Origin: Candidatus Latescibacterota bacterium
Lineage (GTDB): Bacteria; Latescibacterota; UBA2968; UBA8231
Reading direction: 5' to 3'
NCBI GenBank assembly: GCA_965206595.1
Contig: OZ242214.1
Location: 6,048,001 to 6,112,000, forward strand
Length of the DNA stretch: 64,000 bases
The position numbers and the translations under genes were made by a program. Below the pieces are notes generated by a model. It was given only the letters and a program-made list of their open reading frames with translations, did no database searches and was not told the DNA's origin. Positions 1 through 12,695 of this stretch are shown in pieces (within the stretch, counting starts at the first letter, position 1; each line of letters begins with the position of its first letter).

Positions 1-34
1 TTCGACCAGCGACCGAGGAAGCGTTTCAGGATTT

Positions 35-472
35 TCATATCAATCCCAGCTCCTTGAACGAGATATTTTCCTTCGGTGGGGCAATGATTACATGGTCTTT
101 GACATCTATCCCTATCAGGTTTCCTACGTCCCGGAGCCGGTGCGTAAGGGATATATCGTCGTCGCTCGGTGCAGGGTCTCCCGAAGGGTGATTATGGGCC
201 AGGACGATACCGTTAGCGCCCTTGAGGATCGCGGACTTGAACACCTCCCGAGGGTGCACGATGGAGGCTGTTTGACTGCCGATAGACGTTACCTCGTGGG
301 CAACGACACGGTTCCTGGCGTCAAGGTGAAGCACGATGAAAAACTCCCTGTCTGAATTACGGAAATCCAAGCTGTCCAGGTAGACGATGACGCTATCGGG
401 ACCGACGAGAGCATCGGAGCATACGTCTTGCCATACCTGTTTCACGGTGCGTTCTACGATTTCGATCTTCAT
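35..472 (-). CDS. radC: RadC-like JAB/MPN domain protein (short, mobile-element type)
   Basis: Motifs E-x-F, HPREVF and AHNHPSGDPAPSDDD...DHVI; ATG at 472 preceded by GAAAGGA. Confidence 0.9.
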   Translation of the reverse strand: MKIEIVERTVKQVWQDVCSDALVGPDSVIVYLDSLDFRNSDREFFIVLHLDARNRVVAHEVTSIGSQTASIVHPREVFKSAILKGANGIVLAHNHPSGDPAPSDDDISLTHRLRDVGNLIGIDVKDHVIIAPPKENISFKELGLI

Positions 473-512
473 TTGAAAATCCTTTCTGTCGGTGTTCACC
501 GACGTTAGGTGA

Positions 513-827
513 GTGATGGCCTTCCGTGATATCCTGATAGAAACCATACTGAACATCGGGGAAAGCCAGATAGACAAGGGCAAGTTTAACGTTCTGCCAG
601 ACAGCTTTCTTGTCCGTGAACTGATACGTCTGGAGCTGATTTATGCAAGACAGAAGGACGACAGGTTCAGGGACCTTCGGTTGACGAAGAAGGGAAAGCA
701 GCTCTTCATCCGGGAGACGTTGCGAAAGCCAGCGCCAGAAATAGAGGATATTCTGTCGCGGTTCGGAAAGACAGGAGCGGAGCCGGAAACTGCTTTGATT
801 GAACTGATATGCTTGGACTGCGAATAG
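513..827 (+). CDS. hypothetical protein, possible winged-helix
   Basis: 104 aa ORF; 'LRLTKKGK' resembles a wHTH wing. Confidence 0.45.
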   Translation: MMAFRDILIETILNIGESQIDKGKFNVLPDSFLVRELIRLELIYARQKDDRFRDLRLTKKGKQLFIRETLRKPAPEIEDILSRFGKTGAEPETALIELICLDCE

Positions 828-1345
828 GACTACTGGCATTACTCCTTGCGCCGGTGTGGGCACAGGACCCCCTTGAATCCATATGGGTAGTTAGACAGGA
901 GGGACAGGTTGTTGTGGCCTGGATGGCCATAGAGGGAGCCATAGGGTATCAGGTATACGTAGAGGTGGAGGTGTCTGTCGGAATGACAGACGAGGGCTTA
1001 GTGGATTTGGAAGAGCCTACTACCGTGTTCGTCCCCTGGGGGTTTGTCGAGCAGGGGGAAGGGGAAATTATCCAGGCTGGCGTTGCCCTGTTTTCCTACG
1101 GCCGTATTGCTGTGTCTGCTGTGTATCTGATAGATGGAGAGCCGGTGCCATCAGAAAAAACATACTTGTGGATTCCTGCATCGGCTGACTTCAACGACAA
1201 TGGCCGCATTGACCTGGAGGATTTCTTCCTGTTTGCGGACGCCTTTGGGAGTACCGAACAGCAATTTGACCTGGATGGATCAGGTACTGTAGGATTCGGG
1301 GATCTTTACATCTTCGTAGATGCGTTCAATGCCCATCGCATCTAA
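809..1345 (+). CDS. secreted protein with C-terminal dockerin/EF-hand-like repeat
   Basis: Signal peptide LLALLLAPVWAQ; DFNDNGRIDLEDFFLFADAFG...DLDGSGTVGFGD calcium-binding repeat pair. Confidence 0.8.
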   Translation: MLGLRIGLLALLLAPVWAQDPLESIWVVRQEGQVVVAWMAIEGAIGYQVYVEVEVSVGMTDEGLVDLEEPTTVFVPWGFVEQGEGEIIQAGVALFSYGRIAVSAVYLIDGEPVPSEKTYLWIPASADFNDNGRIDLEDFFLFADAFGSTEQQFDLDGSGTVGFGDLYIFVDAFNAHRI

Positions 1346-1544
1346 TCCACCCCTGATTAGGAAGGTAGCCTTGTTCTATGGCTACAACTGACGACAACCT
1401 GAATTCCAGCTCCCGCACTTCCCCGCCGTGCTCCTGGCGGTGCTGTGTTGCCTCTGGCAGGGTTTCAAATCGTGCAACAGCTCCGTCTTTCACGACTATC
1501 CAGCGGCGAATTACCCAGCGGGGTAGGTCTACTTCATCGGGCAT
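1326..1544 (-). CDS. small hypothetical phage-like protein
   Basis: 72 aa ORF, RBS AGGAGG, coupled to the upstream 1544-1789 ORF. Confidence 0.5.
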   Translation of the reverse strand: MPDEVDLPRWVIRRWIVVKDGAVARFETLPEATQHRQEHGGEVRELEFRLSSVVAIEQGYLPNQGWIRCDGH

Positions 1545-1789
1545 TACACCCTCCTTCCTGTTGGGGTTACGTGCTGCTTCAGCACTCTTGTAAGCTCCTT
1601 CGCCGATACCTGCTTCCGCTCTCCTACGAGAGTCCGGAGGGCGGTATCTGTGACTACATTCGGCAATCTGTCAAGGTCATTCTCCTTGATATGATCGCCT
1701 ACCAGCTCGACAATCTTTACCCAAGACAGCGGCACATTGCCGACGATTACTGCAAGCTTGGGCGAAGGTTGAAACAATTCTGAGGGCAT
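1544..1789 (-). CDS. small hypothetical protein
   Basis: 81 aa ORF with AAGGAG RBS. Confidence 0.55.
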   Translation of the reverse strand: MPSELFQPSPKLAVIVGNVPLSWVKIVELVGDHIKENDLDRLPNVVTDTALRTLVGERKQVSAKELTRVLKQHVTPTGRRV

Positions 1790-2003
1790 GTATTCTCCTT
1801 TCGTTTTGGGGCGGGCGCTGGATAAATCGGGGGGCTCCTTTTGTGGATCGGCTCTCCGGTTTTAGGGAAGCCGGTTGCCCGCCCTATGGCCCCGGCCTCA
1901 TTGAAGCCGATATAGGTATCCCAATGTATAGACTTTATCACCAACCTTCCGGGATCGAAAGGTCCCGGCCTCATTAAAATGGAAATCCTGAAGGAGAGCA
2001 CGC

Positions 2004-2219
2004 ATGATACTGCTGCTGTTGTTGTTGGTGGCGTCTCCTATCATGGCGGACATCGACCGATGGGAAGCATTCGCATACAGTGGGACGTTCACCTACCTTC
2101 AGGCAAGGCCCATCTCTTACACTCAGAAACTGGTGTCTGACGGGCAAAGGTTCGATGTTATGTCAGTCAGTCAGTTCATTGGGGTGGGATACTGCTTCAA
2201 GGGCGGGGAGGTGGAGTGA
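2004..2219 (+). CDS. small secreted hypothetical protein
   Basis: AAGGAG RBS, hydrophobic signal peptide, overlaps next ORF. Confidence 0.45.
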   Translation: MILLLLLLVASPIMADIDRWEAFAYSGTFTYLQARPISYTQKLVSDGQRFDVMSVSQFIGVGYCFKGGEVE

Positions 2220-2572
2220 TGGCCAAAGGAGAGTTGTTTCTTCCATCCAAAGCACTCGGGGCCATCGTTGGACATGAGCCGTTGTCCAGGGAAGAGGTGG
2301 TCAGGAATTTATGGCACTACATCAAAGATCGAGGTTTGCAGGACGGTAGGACTGTCAATGCTGACGATAAGCTCATGGTTCTATTTGGGGGCGAAGAGTA
2401 TATGGATATGATAGATGTCGTTCAGATTGTCCACCATCATCTTGATGGGGTTTTTGAAATGGATACTCTCAAGGATTTTCGTAGAGTAGTTCTTCTCAGG
2501 CTAACTCGCATAGAGAAGGCAATCCATAACCATATAGGAACGGAGCCCGATGACGGTGGGGAGGGGTTTTAG
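2216..2572 (+). CDS. SWIB/MDM2 domain protein
   Basis: PSKALGAIVG..PLSREEVVRNLWHYIKDRGLQD..RTVNADDKL..LFG matches the SWIB consensus. Confidence 0.85.
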   Translation: MMAKGELFLPSKALGAIVGHEPLSREEVVRNLWHYIKDRGLQDGRTVNADDKLMVLFGGEEYMDMIDVVQIVHHHLDGVFEMDTLKDFRRVVLLRLTRIEKAIHNHIGTEPDDGGEGF

Positions 2573-2636
2573 ATCCGCCCCTGCAGTGGTAAACGAGCAG
2601 CGCGGCTCCCGCCGCTTTGTGTTTCTTTGATTTTTC

Positions 2637-2685
2637 TGGTATAATATTATATAGAGCTATGTTTAGAACTTAGCTCTATTTTTTT
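2637..2685 (+). promoter_or_regulatory. extended -10 promoter followed by a hairpin and U-tract
   Basis: TGGTATAAT at 2637-2645; ATAGAGCTA / TAGCTCTAT inverted repeat followed by a T run. Confidence 0.45.
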
Positions 2686-2988
2686 ATGGGAGAATTAAGT
2701 ATGACAGAATCAACGCGCAATCGTCCAGAGGATGAATCACGATTCGATGTAATAGCGAAGGAGATACTTGAACTACGCAAGAAGCATGAAAGGGATTTCA
2801 GGGTATGGCAGGAGCAATATTCGGCGCAGCTTGAGATAGCCAAAGACCAGATTGATATAGTCAAAGGCTACCAGGAAACCTTGAAGAATCAACAGATAGT
2901 GTTGACAGCATTATTTGAGGACTGGCAAAAGCAATCCAAGAAAAAACGCAAACAAGGACAAGTAACACTCGTATTTCCGACACAGTAA
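2686..2988 (+). CDS. hypothetical coiled-coil protein
   Basis: 100 aa helical, charged ORF. Confidence 0.55.
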   Translation: MGELSMTESTRNRPEDESRFDVIAKEILELRKKHERDFRVWQEQYSAQLEIAKDQIDIVKGYQETLKNQQIVLTALFEDWQKQSKKKRKQGQVTLVFPTQ

Positions 2989-3024
2989 AGTTCGAGGTTA
3001 TTTCCCAGGATAGGAACGTCATCA

Positions 3025-3240
3025 ATGAATGTCTTCCTTAGATATGGGAAGAAGTTTGTTCTCAAGATAAGGGGAAACGGATTGGAGATAATACTTGTAA
3101 TATGGATGATTCTACTATGTATAATTGAACTGAAAACATATACTTTTGTAGGCCCCGTTATGCACGCTTTTATGTTTACCGGTGGAGTTATCCTTTCTTC
3201 ATGTGTGCATAAGTGGGCAGCAAGTCGTAATCCCAGGTAG
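3025..3240 (+). CDS. small two-TM membrane protein
   Basis: Two hydrophobic segments; AT-rich. Confidence 0.4.
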   Translation: MNVFLRYGKKFVLKIRGNGLEIILVIWMILLCIIELKTYTFVGPVMHAFMFTGGVILSSCVHKWAASRNPR

Positions 3241-3350
3241 TATAGGGATAAGGGATCAGTGTTGCAGGAAGGGAAGTGCGGCACCGGACGCGACACCCTC
3301 GCCCGGCACCGCGCAGGAATGGACTGAACATACTAACCGAAAGGGAGAAG

Positions 3351-3941
3351 ATGAAGATATTACTACTGATATTAGTAGCAGGGGGAGTGTATGCACAGCC
3401 GCTTGTAGGAGATCGCCCGGACTTCACGGAAGCAGCAGAAGCTGTCGGTATAAATGTCCTACAGATTGAGCTTGGATACACCGCCACACATAACGGGGAT
3501 TGGTCTCATTCCCTTGGAGAACCCCTTCTTCGCGCCGGGGTGCTGGCCGATTGGTTGGAGCTCCGACTTGGCAGGACAGAGGATATCTACCTGGGTATGA
3601 AGCTGGCCTTTACGCCGGGCATCGCTGTAATCCCACAGATAACCCTGCCCACTTCACCGGGAGTGAATCTCGTCTACAGTTGGGACCTTACCGACAGGGT
3701 ATCCTTGGCAGGCAGTTCACAGGTAAATCGGGGAACGGGGTGGGCTCAATCAATTGCGGTAGGAATGAAGGTTAGCGCCCCTATTGGTCTGTATGCAGAG
3801 TGGTATCGGGAGACTGAGCACTATATCAACGGGGGGCTCACTTGGCTGCTGACGGGAAATCTCCAGTGGGACATTCGAGCCGGATTCGGACTGAATGATG
3901 ATATGTTCACGGGCACTGGTATAGTCCTAAGAATTCCTTAG
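3351..3941 (+). CDS. putative outer-membrane beta-barrel (MetA-pathway/'transporter' family), shortened
   Basis: Signal peptide, DRPDFTE motif, LQIELGY, alternating beta-strands; only about 196 aa. Confidence 0.7.
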   Translation: MKILLLILVAGGVYAQPLVGDRPDFTEAAEAVGINVLQIELGYTATHNGDWSHSLGEPLLRAGVLADWLELRLGRTEDIYLGMKLAFTPGIAVIPQITLPTSPGVNLVYSWDLTDRVSLAGSSQVNRGTGWAQSIAVGMKVSAPIGLYAEWYRETEHYINGGLTWLLTGNLQWDIRAGFGLNDDMFTGTGIVLRIP

Positions 3942-3994
3942 AGTTAGAACAGGCTGACCCCTGGCCGCCGCCATTTACTAAAGGAGTATGAAGT

Positions 3995-4309
3995 ATGACA
4001 GAACAAGAAGAACACACGGCAATTGGTATACTTGTAAAAGACTTGAAGGCTGCTCAACAACGTTTGATATGCTTAGAGAGCAAGTCCAGGAGCATAGCTA
4101 TTAACTTAGACAATATCTCTCATGGTCTAAGTGGTAGAATGTTGATTGCAGAAACCAGCGGTGAAATATCCGTAAGCATAGGCGATGTATTTCAGCAGGT
4201 AATCTATCCATCAAAAGAAGATATTGTTACCCTGATTAAGGAACTGTCCGAGTCTCGGGATAACCTGAAGTTGCTGCAAGAACAATGGGATAGAATCAAA
4301 CCTACGTAG
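3995..4309 (+). CDS. hypothetical protein
   Basis: AAAGGAG RBS, 104 aa. Confidence 0.6.
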   Translation: MTEQEEHTAIGILVKDLKAAQQRLICLESKSRSIAINLDNISHGLSGRMLIAETSGEISVSIGDVFQQVIYPSKEDIVTLIKELSESRDNLKLLQEQWDRIKPT

Positions 4310-4332
4310 CGATTTCCCAGGTAGCTCAATTT

Positions 4333-4408
4333 AGCAGAGTAGCATAATTGGCAATGCCGCATACTGTTAATATGCAAAATGCAGGTTCGAATCCTGCCTC
4401 TGCTGCCA
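4333..4408 (+). tRNA. tRNA-Asn(GTT), phage-like
   Basis: Full cloverleaf: AGCAGAG/CTCTGCT acceptor, GCAT/ATGC D-stem, GCATA-CTGTTAA-TATGC anticodon arm, GCAGG-TTCGAAT-CCTGC T-arm, G discriminator, encoded CCA. Confidence 0.92.
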
Positions 4409-4427
4409 TATTATTAAAGGTGAAAGA

Positions 4428-4976
4428 TTGTTATCATATGAAGAAGCGAACAAGGTTCTGAAGTATAATCCAGAGACAGGGCACTTGTCTTGGAAGGTTA
4501 ACCAGCGCAATGGATCAAAAGCTGAACAGAGAGCAGGGAGTTATCTGGGTAAGATGATCCAAGCGCACGGCATCCGCCTAAAGGTGAACACGGTTGTTAA
4601 CAGGTACAACCGTGCCGAAGACCATCGTCCATTCATCCTGGCGATTCGGACGGAACGGTGGAAGATATTCCAGGCGCTTCCGGTAGAGGGTCAGAACGAC
4701 GCCCGCATCGACGAAATGAGGGTGACCGCCGACGAGTTTCAACGGTACGTAGAGCGCAATCGCACGGTCGAAGACAGCAGAATCGTGGTCGTGCCGGAGA
4801 GCAACGAGCTAATGACAGGTAGCTATGTCATGGTCGACCCACGCGGACGCATCTTCGACGACACCAAAGGCCGGCATACGTACAGCAGGCCGATTCTGGA
4901 AGTGGGCATCGCCGAGGCGCTGGACGATGTGGTGGTACACGTCGGCCGGTTTGAGGAGAGGGGCGGGATCTACTAG
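4428..4976 (+). pseudogene. chimera: phage HNH-endonuclease N-terminus fused to the C-terminal half of a prokaryotic viperin (radical SAM, RSAD2-like)
   Basis: LKYNPETGHLSWK...RAGS is typical of phage HNH N-termini; KVNTVVNRYN..RWKIFQ..VEGQN..VPESNELMTGSY..F.ERGG.Y matches the viperin C-terminus; no CxxxCxxC. Confidence 0.85.
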
Positions 4977-5251
4977 CGACGGCTCATATGGTCCCCCCTT
5001 CCGTTCGACCGAACGACGGGCGGGTGAGAGAGTAGCAAGAGACATTCCGGCGGCTATCGTCGGGGCGTCTCTTGCGCTCGGGCCGCTGCCCGCCCGGGGT
5101 GCCGAAGCGCTCGCTGAATGCTTGTTCCGAGCGCTGAAGCCGGGGTCGATGCGCTACGCGGGACGCGATCCGCGTCCGTTTCCCTACCTTCTTGGTGCCA
5201 ACCAACGCTGACCTCGCATTCGAGGTGCCCGGTCCGAATCGAAGGAAACCC

Positions 5252-8824
<3,573 letters not shown>

Positions 8825-9079
8825 CGAGCAAACCGTCGATACCATTCCAGCATCGAATGGCTACGAAAACAGCGGATTCAGTGAAGGTGGGGTACAAAAA
8901 GAAACGCCCCTTGCGGGGCGTCGAGCCGGAGATGCTATCTCCGACGGGGTAATGAAAAACACTACCTTGTTCTATGTGATTATGTCAACGGCAGGACCCA
9001 AAGGAAATGCAATCTCAATTCGGAAGCTTCCCGAGGAAGTCGTCAAACCAGACGGCTTTGTCCTGCGTCGCCCAACCCA

Positions 9080-11989
9080 ATGGAAATGACAACTCCTCGC
9101 AAAAAGCTCATCGAAGTCGCCCTGCCCCTCGACGCCATCAACACGGCGTCGGCTCGGGAGAAGTCGATCCGGCACGGGCATCCAAGCACCCTGCATCTCT
9201 GGTGGGCGCGCCGCCCCCTGGCCGCGGCGCGGGCGGTGATCTTCGCGCAGATGGTGGACGATCCCTCGGCCTGCCCCGAGGAGTTCCCCACCGAGGCGGA
9301 CCAGAAGCAGGAGCGCGAGCGGCTGTTCCGTCTCATCGAGGAGCTGGTCCGCTGGGAGAACACCACCAACGAGGAGTTGCTGGAACAGGCGCGGGCGGAG
9401 ATCCGCAGGAGCTGGCGCCGCACCTGCGCGGACAATGCCGGGCATCCGCGCTCCGCCAAGCTGTTTGACCCGGACAGGCTGCCGGCCTTCCACGATCCCT
9501 TCGCGGGCGGAGGCGCCCTGCCGCTGGAGGCGCAGCGCCCTGGGGCTGGAGGCCCATGCCAGCGATCTCAACCCGGTGGCGGTGCTCATCAACAAGGCGA
9601 TGATCGAGATCCCGCCCAAGTTCGCTGGCAGGCCGCCGGTCAACCCGGTAGCCCGGCCCGGCGGGTCGTCGGCCAAGGCGTCGCTGCTCGAGCGCGGCTG
9701 GACCGGCGCCCAGGGGCTCGCCGAGGATGTGCGCTACTACGGGCAGTGGATGCGCGACGAGGCGGAGCGGCGCATCGGACATCTGTATCCGCCGGTGGAG
9801 GTCACCGCGGAGATGGTGCGAGAGCGGCCCGACCTCAAGCAGTACCAGGGCCGCAAGCTGACGGTGATCGCCTGGCTGTGGGCGCGCACCGTGAAGAGCC
9901 CGAACCCGGCCTTCGCCGACATCGACGTGCCGCTGGCCGCGACCTTCATGCTGTCGACGAAGCGGGACAAGGAGGCGTATGTCGAGCCGGTGATCGAGGG
10001 GCGCGGGTACCGATTCGCGGTGAAGGTGGGGAAGCCGGAGGATGCCGAGGGCGGCCAAGGCGGGGACCAAGCTGGCACGGGGAGCGAACTTCCGCTGTGT
10101 GATGTCGGGGTCACCGATGGCAGGGGACTACATCAAGGCCGAGGGAAAGGCCGGGCGGATGGGCGCGCGGTTGATGGCGATCGTTGCCGAGGGCGATCGG
10201 GGTCGGGTGTATCTCTCGCCGACGGTGGAGCATGAGACAGCCGCGAGAGAGCCGGTGCCGGAATGGCGTCCGGAAGTTCAACTTCCCGCGAATCCCCGCT
10301 GGTTCTCACCACCGGACTATGGCATGCCCACCTACGGCGACCTCTTCACCTCCCGCCAACTGGTCGCCCTGACCACCTTCTCCGACTTGGTGGCGGAAGC
10401 GATGGAGCAGGTCAAGCGGGATGCCGCCATCGTCGATCTGCCCGAGGACGGTATCGGCCTTAATAAGGGGGGCTACGGCGCCACGGCATATGCGGAGGCG
10501 GTGGGAGTGTATCTAGGATTGTGTGTAAGCAGGCAAGCAAATCGGTGCTCCAACCTCAATTTCTGGGATCCTGCCGGAGCGAATGTTCAGCAGGTATTTG
10601 CTAGACAAGCCCTGCCAATGGTTTGGGATTTTATTGAATCCAATCCATTCTCCAATTCGAGCGGAAGTTTCATAGGGCAAGTTGGCTATCTTTGCAAAGT
10701 AGTCTTTTCCTCGCCTAGTAATGCCAGTCCTGCTACGGCGTCTCAGAAGGACGCTGCTACTCAATCAATCAGCGCAGACAAAGTCGTTTCTACAGATCCG
10801 CCTTACTACGACAACATTGGTTATGCCGACCTCTCCGACTTTTTCTACGTTTGGCTGCGCCGATCGTTGAAGTCAAGAATTCGTGATCTCTTTTCCACGC
10901 TCGCCGTACCGAAGGCAGAGGAGTTGGTCGCTACTCCATACCGGCATGGAAACAGAGAACAGGCAGAGAAGTTTTTCCTCACCGGGATGGGGAAGGCGAT
11001 GGGTCGCCTTTCCGAACAAGTGCACCCCAGTTTGCCGGTGTCCATCTACTACGCCTTCAAGCAGTCCGAAACCAAAGGTGACGTTGGAATGGCTAGCACC
11101 GGTTGGGAAACGTTTCTGGCCGCGGTGATCAAGTCAGGCTTCACCGTCACCGGTACTTGGCCGATGCGTACTGAACTAACAGGTAACTTAAAGAAAAATG
11201 TCGCTGCCCTTGCCTCCAGCATCGTCCTCGTTTGCCGTAAACCCCCTCAAGACGCACCCCTGGCCACCCGCCGGGAGTTCGTCGCCGCCCTGAAGGCCGA
11301 GCTTCCCGCTGCCCTCGCCTACCTGCAATCCGGCAACATCGCACCGGTTGATCTCGCCCAGGCCGCCATCGGCCCCGGCATGGCGGTTTACACCCGCTAC
11401 GCCAAGGTGCTCGACGCTCAGGGGGATCCCGTGTCCGTGCGGGACGCCCTGGCGCTGATCAACCATACCCTCGACGAAGTCCTGGCTGAGCAGGAAGGGG
11501 AGTTCGACGCGGACACCCGCTGGGCTCTTTCCTGGTTTGAGCAGCAGGGCTTCACCGCAGGAGAGTACGGCGTGGCCGAGACCCTGGCCACGGCCAGAAA
11601 CACCAGCGTCGCCGGCATGGTGGAGGCGGGCATCCTCGAGTCGAAGGCCGGCAAAGGTGCGGCTGCTCCGCCCCGAGGAGCTGCCCGAGGACTGGGACCC
11701 GGCCGCGGACCGCCGGCTTCCCGTCTGGGAGGTCGTTCACCACCTCGTGAGGGTTCTGGAATCCGCCGGCGAAACCGGGGCCGCGAGGCTCGTCAGGCAA
11801 CTCGGCGGCGTGGCCGAGACCGCCCGCGAACTCGCCTATCGCCTGTACGCGGTTGCCGAGCGCAAGAACCGCGCCGCCGAGGCGCTGTCCTACAATGGTC
11901 TGGTCCAAAGCTGGCCTGAGATCGCGCGCCTGGCGCGGCAGGAGGCGCCGGACGAGCAGGGCGGGCTATTTGGGGGAGGAGAGGGGTGA
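9080..11989 (+). CDS. DUF1156 adenine-specific DNA methyltransferase (three apparent +1 frameshifts near 9540, 10050 and 11655)
   Basis: [30 protein letters not shown]; DPFAGGG (SAM-binding); TDPPYYD; the four ORF pieces join into one protein of about 968 aa. Confidence 0.88.
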
Positions 11990-12024
11990 GGCTACGCTTG
12001 GGGCCAAACTGATAGAAAAAACTG

Positions 12025-12597
12025 ATGATGGATTCTAGCATCGAAGCAATTCCAGGGCGTGTGTTTCTTGATACCAACGTGGTGAATTTCATTCTCGACT
12101 ACGGTGAACAGATCCATGATGGCGCCGAAGTGCCAGACAGATATTCCCTGCGGGTCCGGGGTGATATAGAGGCGTTGGCCGGCATCTTTCTCACCGGGCA
12201 ACGAGCCACTTGGCAGCTTGCGATCTCGCCGCACACCTATCGTGAAGTGACGGCGACGGACAATTCCTCACGCGCCCATCAGCTGGAACGCTGGTTTTTC
12301 CAGATCTGGAACTACTGGCGGGAGTTTCTGCATTCTGATGCCTCACTTCCCGCATTTAGTGAGGCTGAGGAAATTCGTCTGCAACTGCTTGCCTCAGATG
12401 TTCTTAACATCCTACCTGACACTTCGGACCGAGTCCTCGTTTGCGATGCCGTCGTGTATGGGTGTGACGCATTCTGCACGCGGGACTGGTCAACTATCCT
12501 GAGCCTTCGTGATGAGCTCCAAGACTTGCCAATAAAGATCCTAACCCCAGTCGAGTGGTGGGACGAAGTCCGGCCCTGGGCAGGCATTTGGGTCTAG
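12025..12597 (+). CDS. PIN-domain-like protein
   Basis: N-terminal VFLDTNVV; D...DAV...FCTRD at the C-terminus; lower GC than its neighbours. Confidence 0.7.
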   Translation: MMDSSIEAIPGRVFLDTNVVNFILDYGEQIHDGAEVPDRYSLRVRGDIEALAGIFLTGQRATWQLAISPHTYREVTATDNSSRAHQLERWFFQIWNYWREFLHSDASLPAFSEAEEIRLQLLASDVLNILPDTSDRVLVCDAVVYGCDAFCTRDWSTILSLRDELQDLPIKILTPVEWWDEVRPWAGIWV

Positions 12598-12695
12598 TGG
12601 GCTGATAGACCGCACCGCTGCCACCTGCAGCTTGTGGCAGGGTAATACAGCATTGGGGCGACCTGGAGATCGTCCATTACAGATAGGAACAAGCA

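Noticed and set aside
9530-11660. Programmed frameshifting or phase variation in the DUF1156 methylase
   Set aside because: All three shifts are single extra bases in 3-nt runs (CCC, GGG, AAA) with no slippery heptamer or long repeat; most likely sequencing or assembly indels
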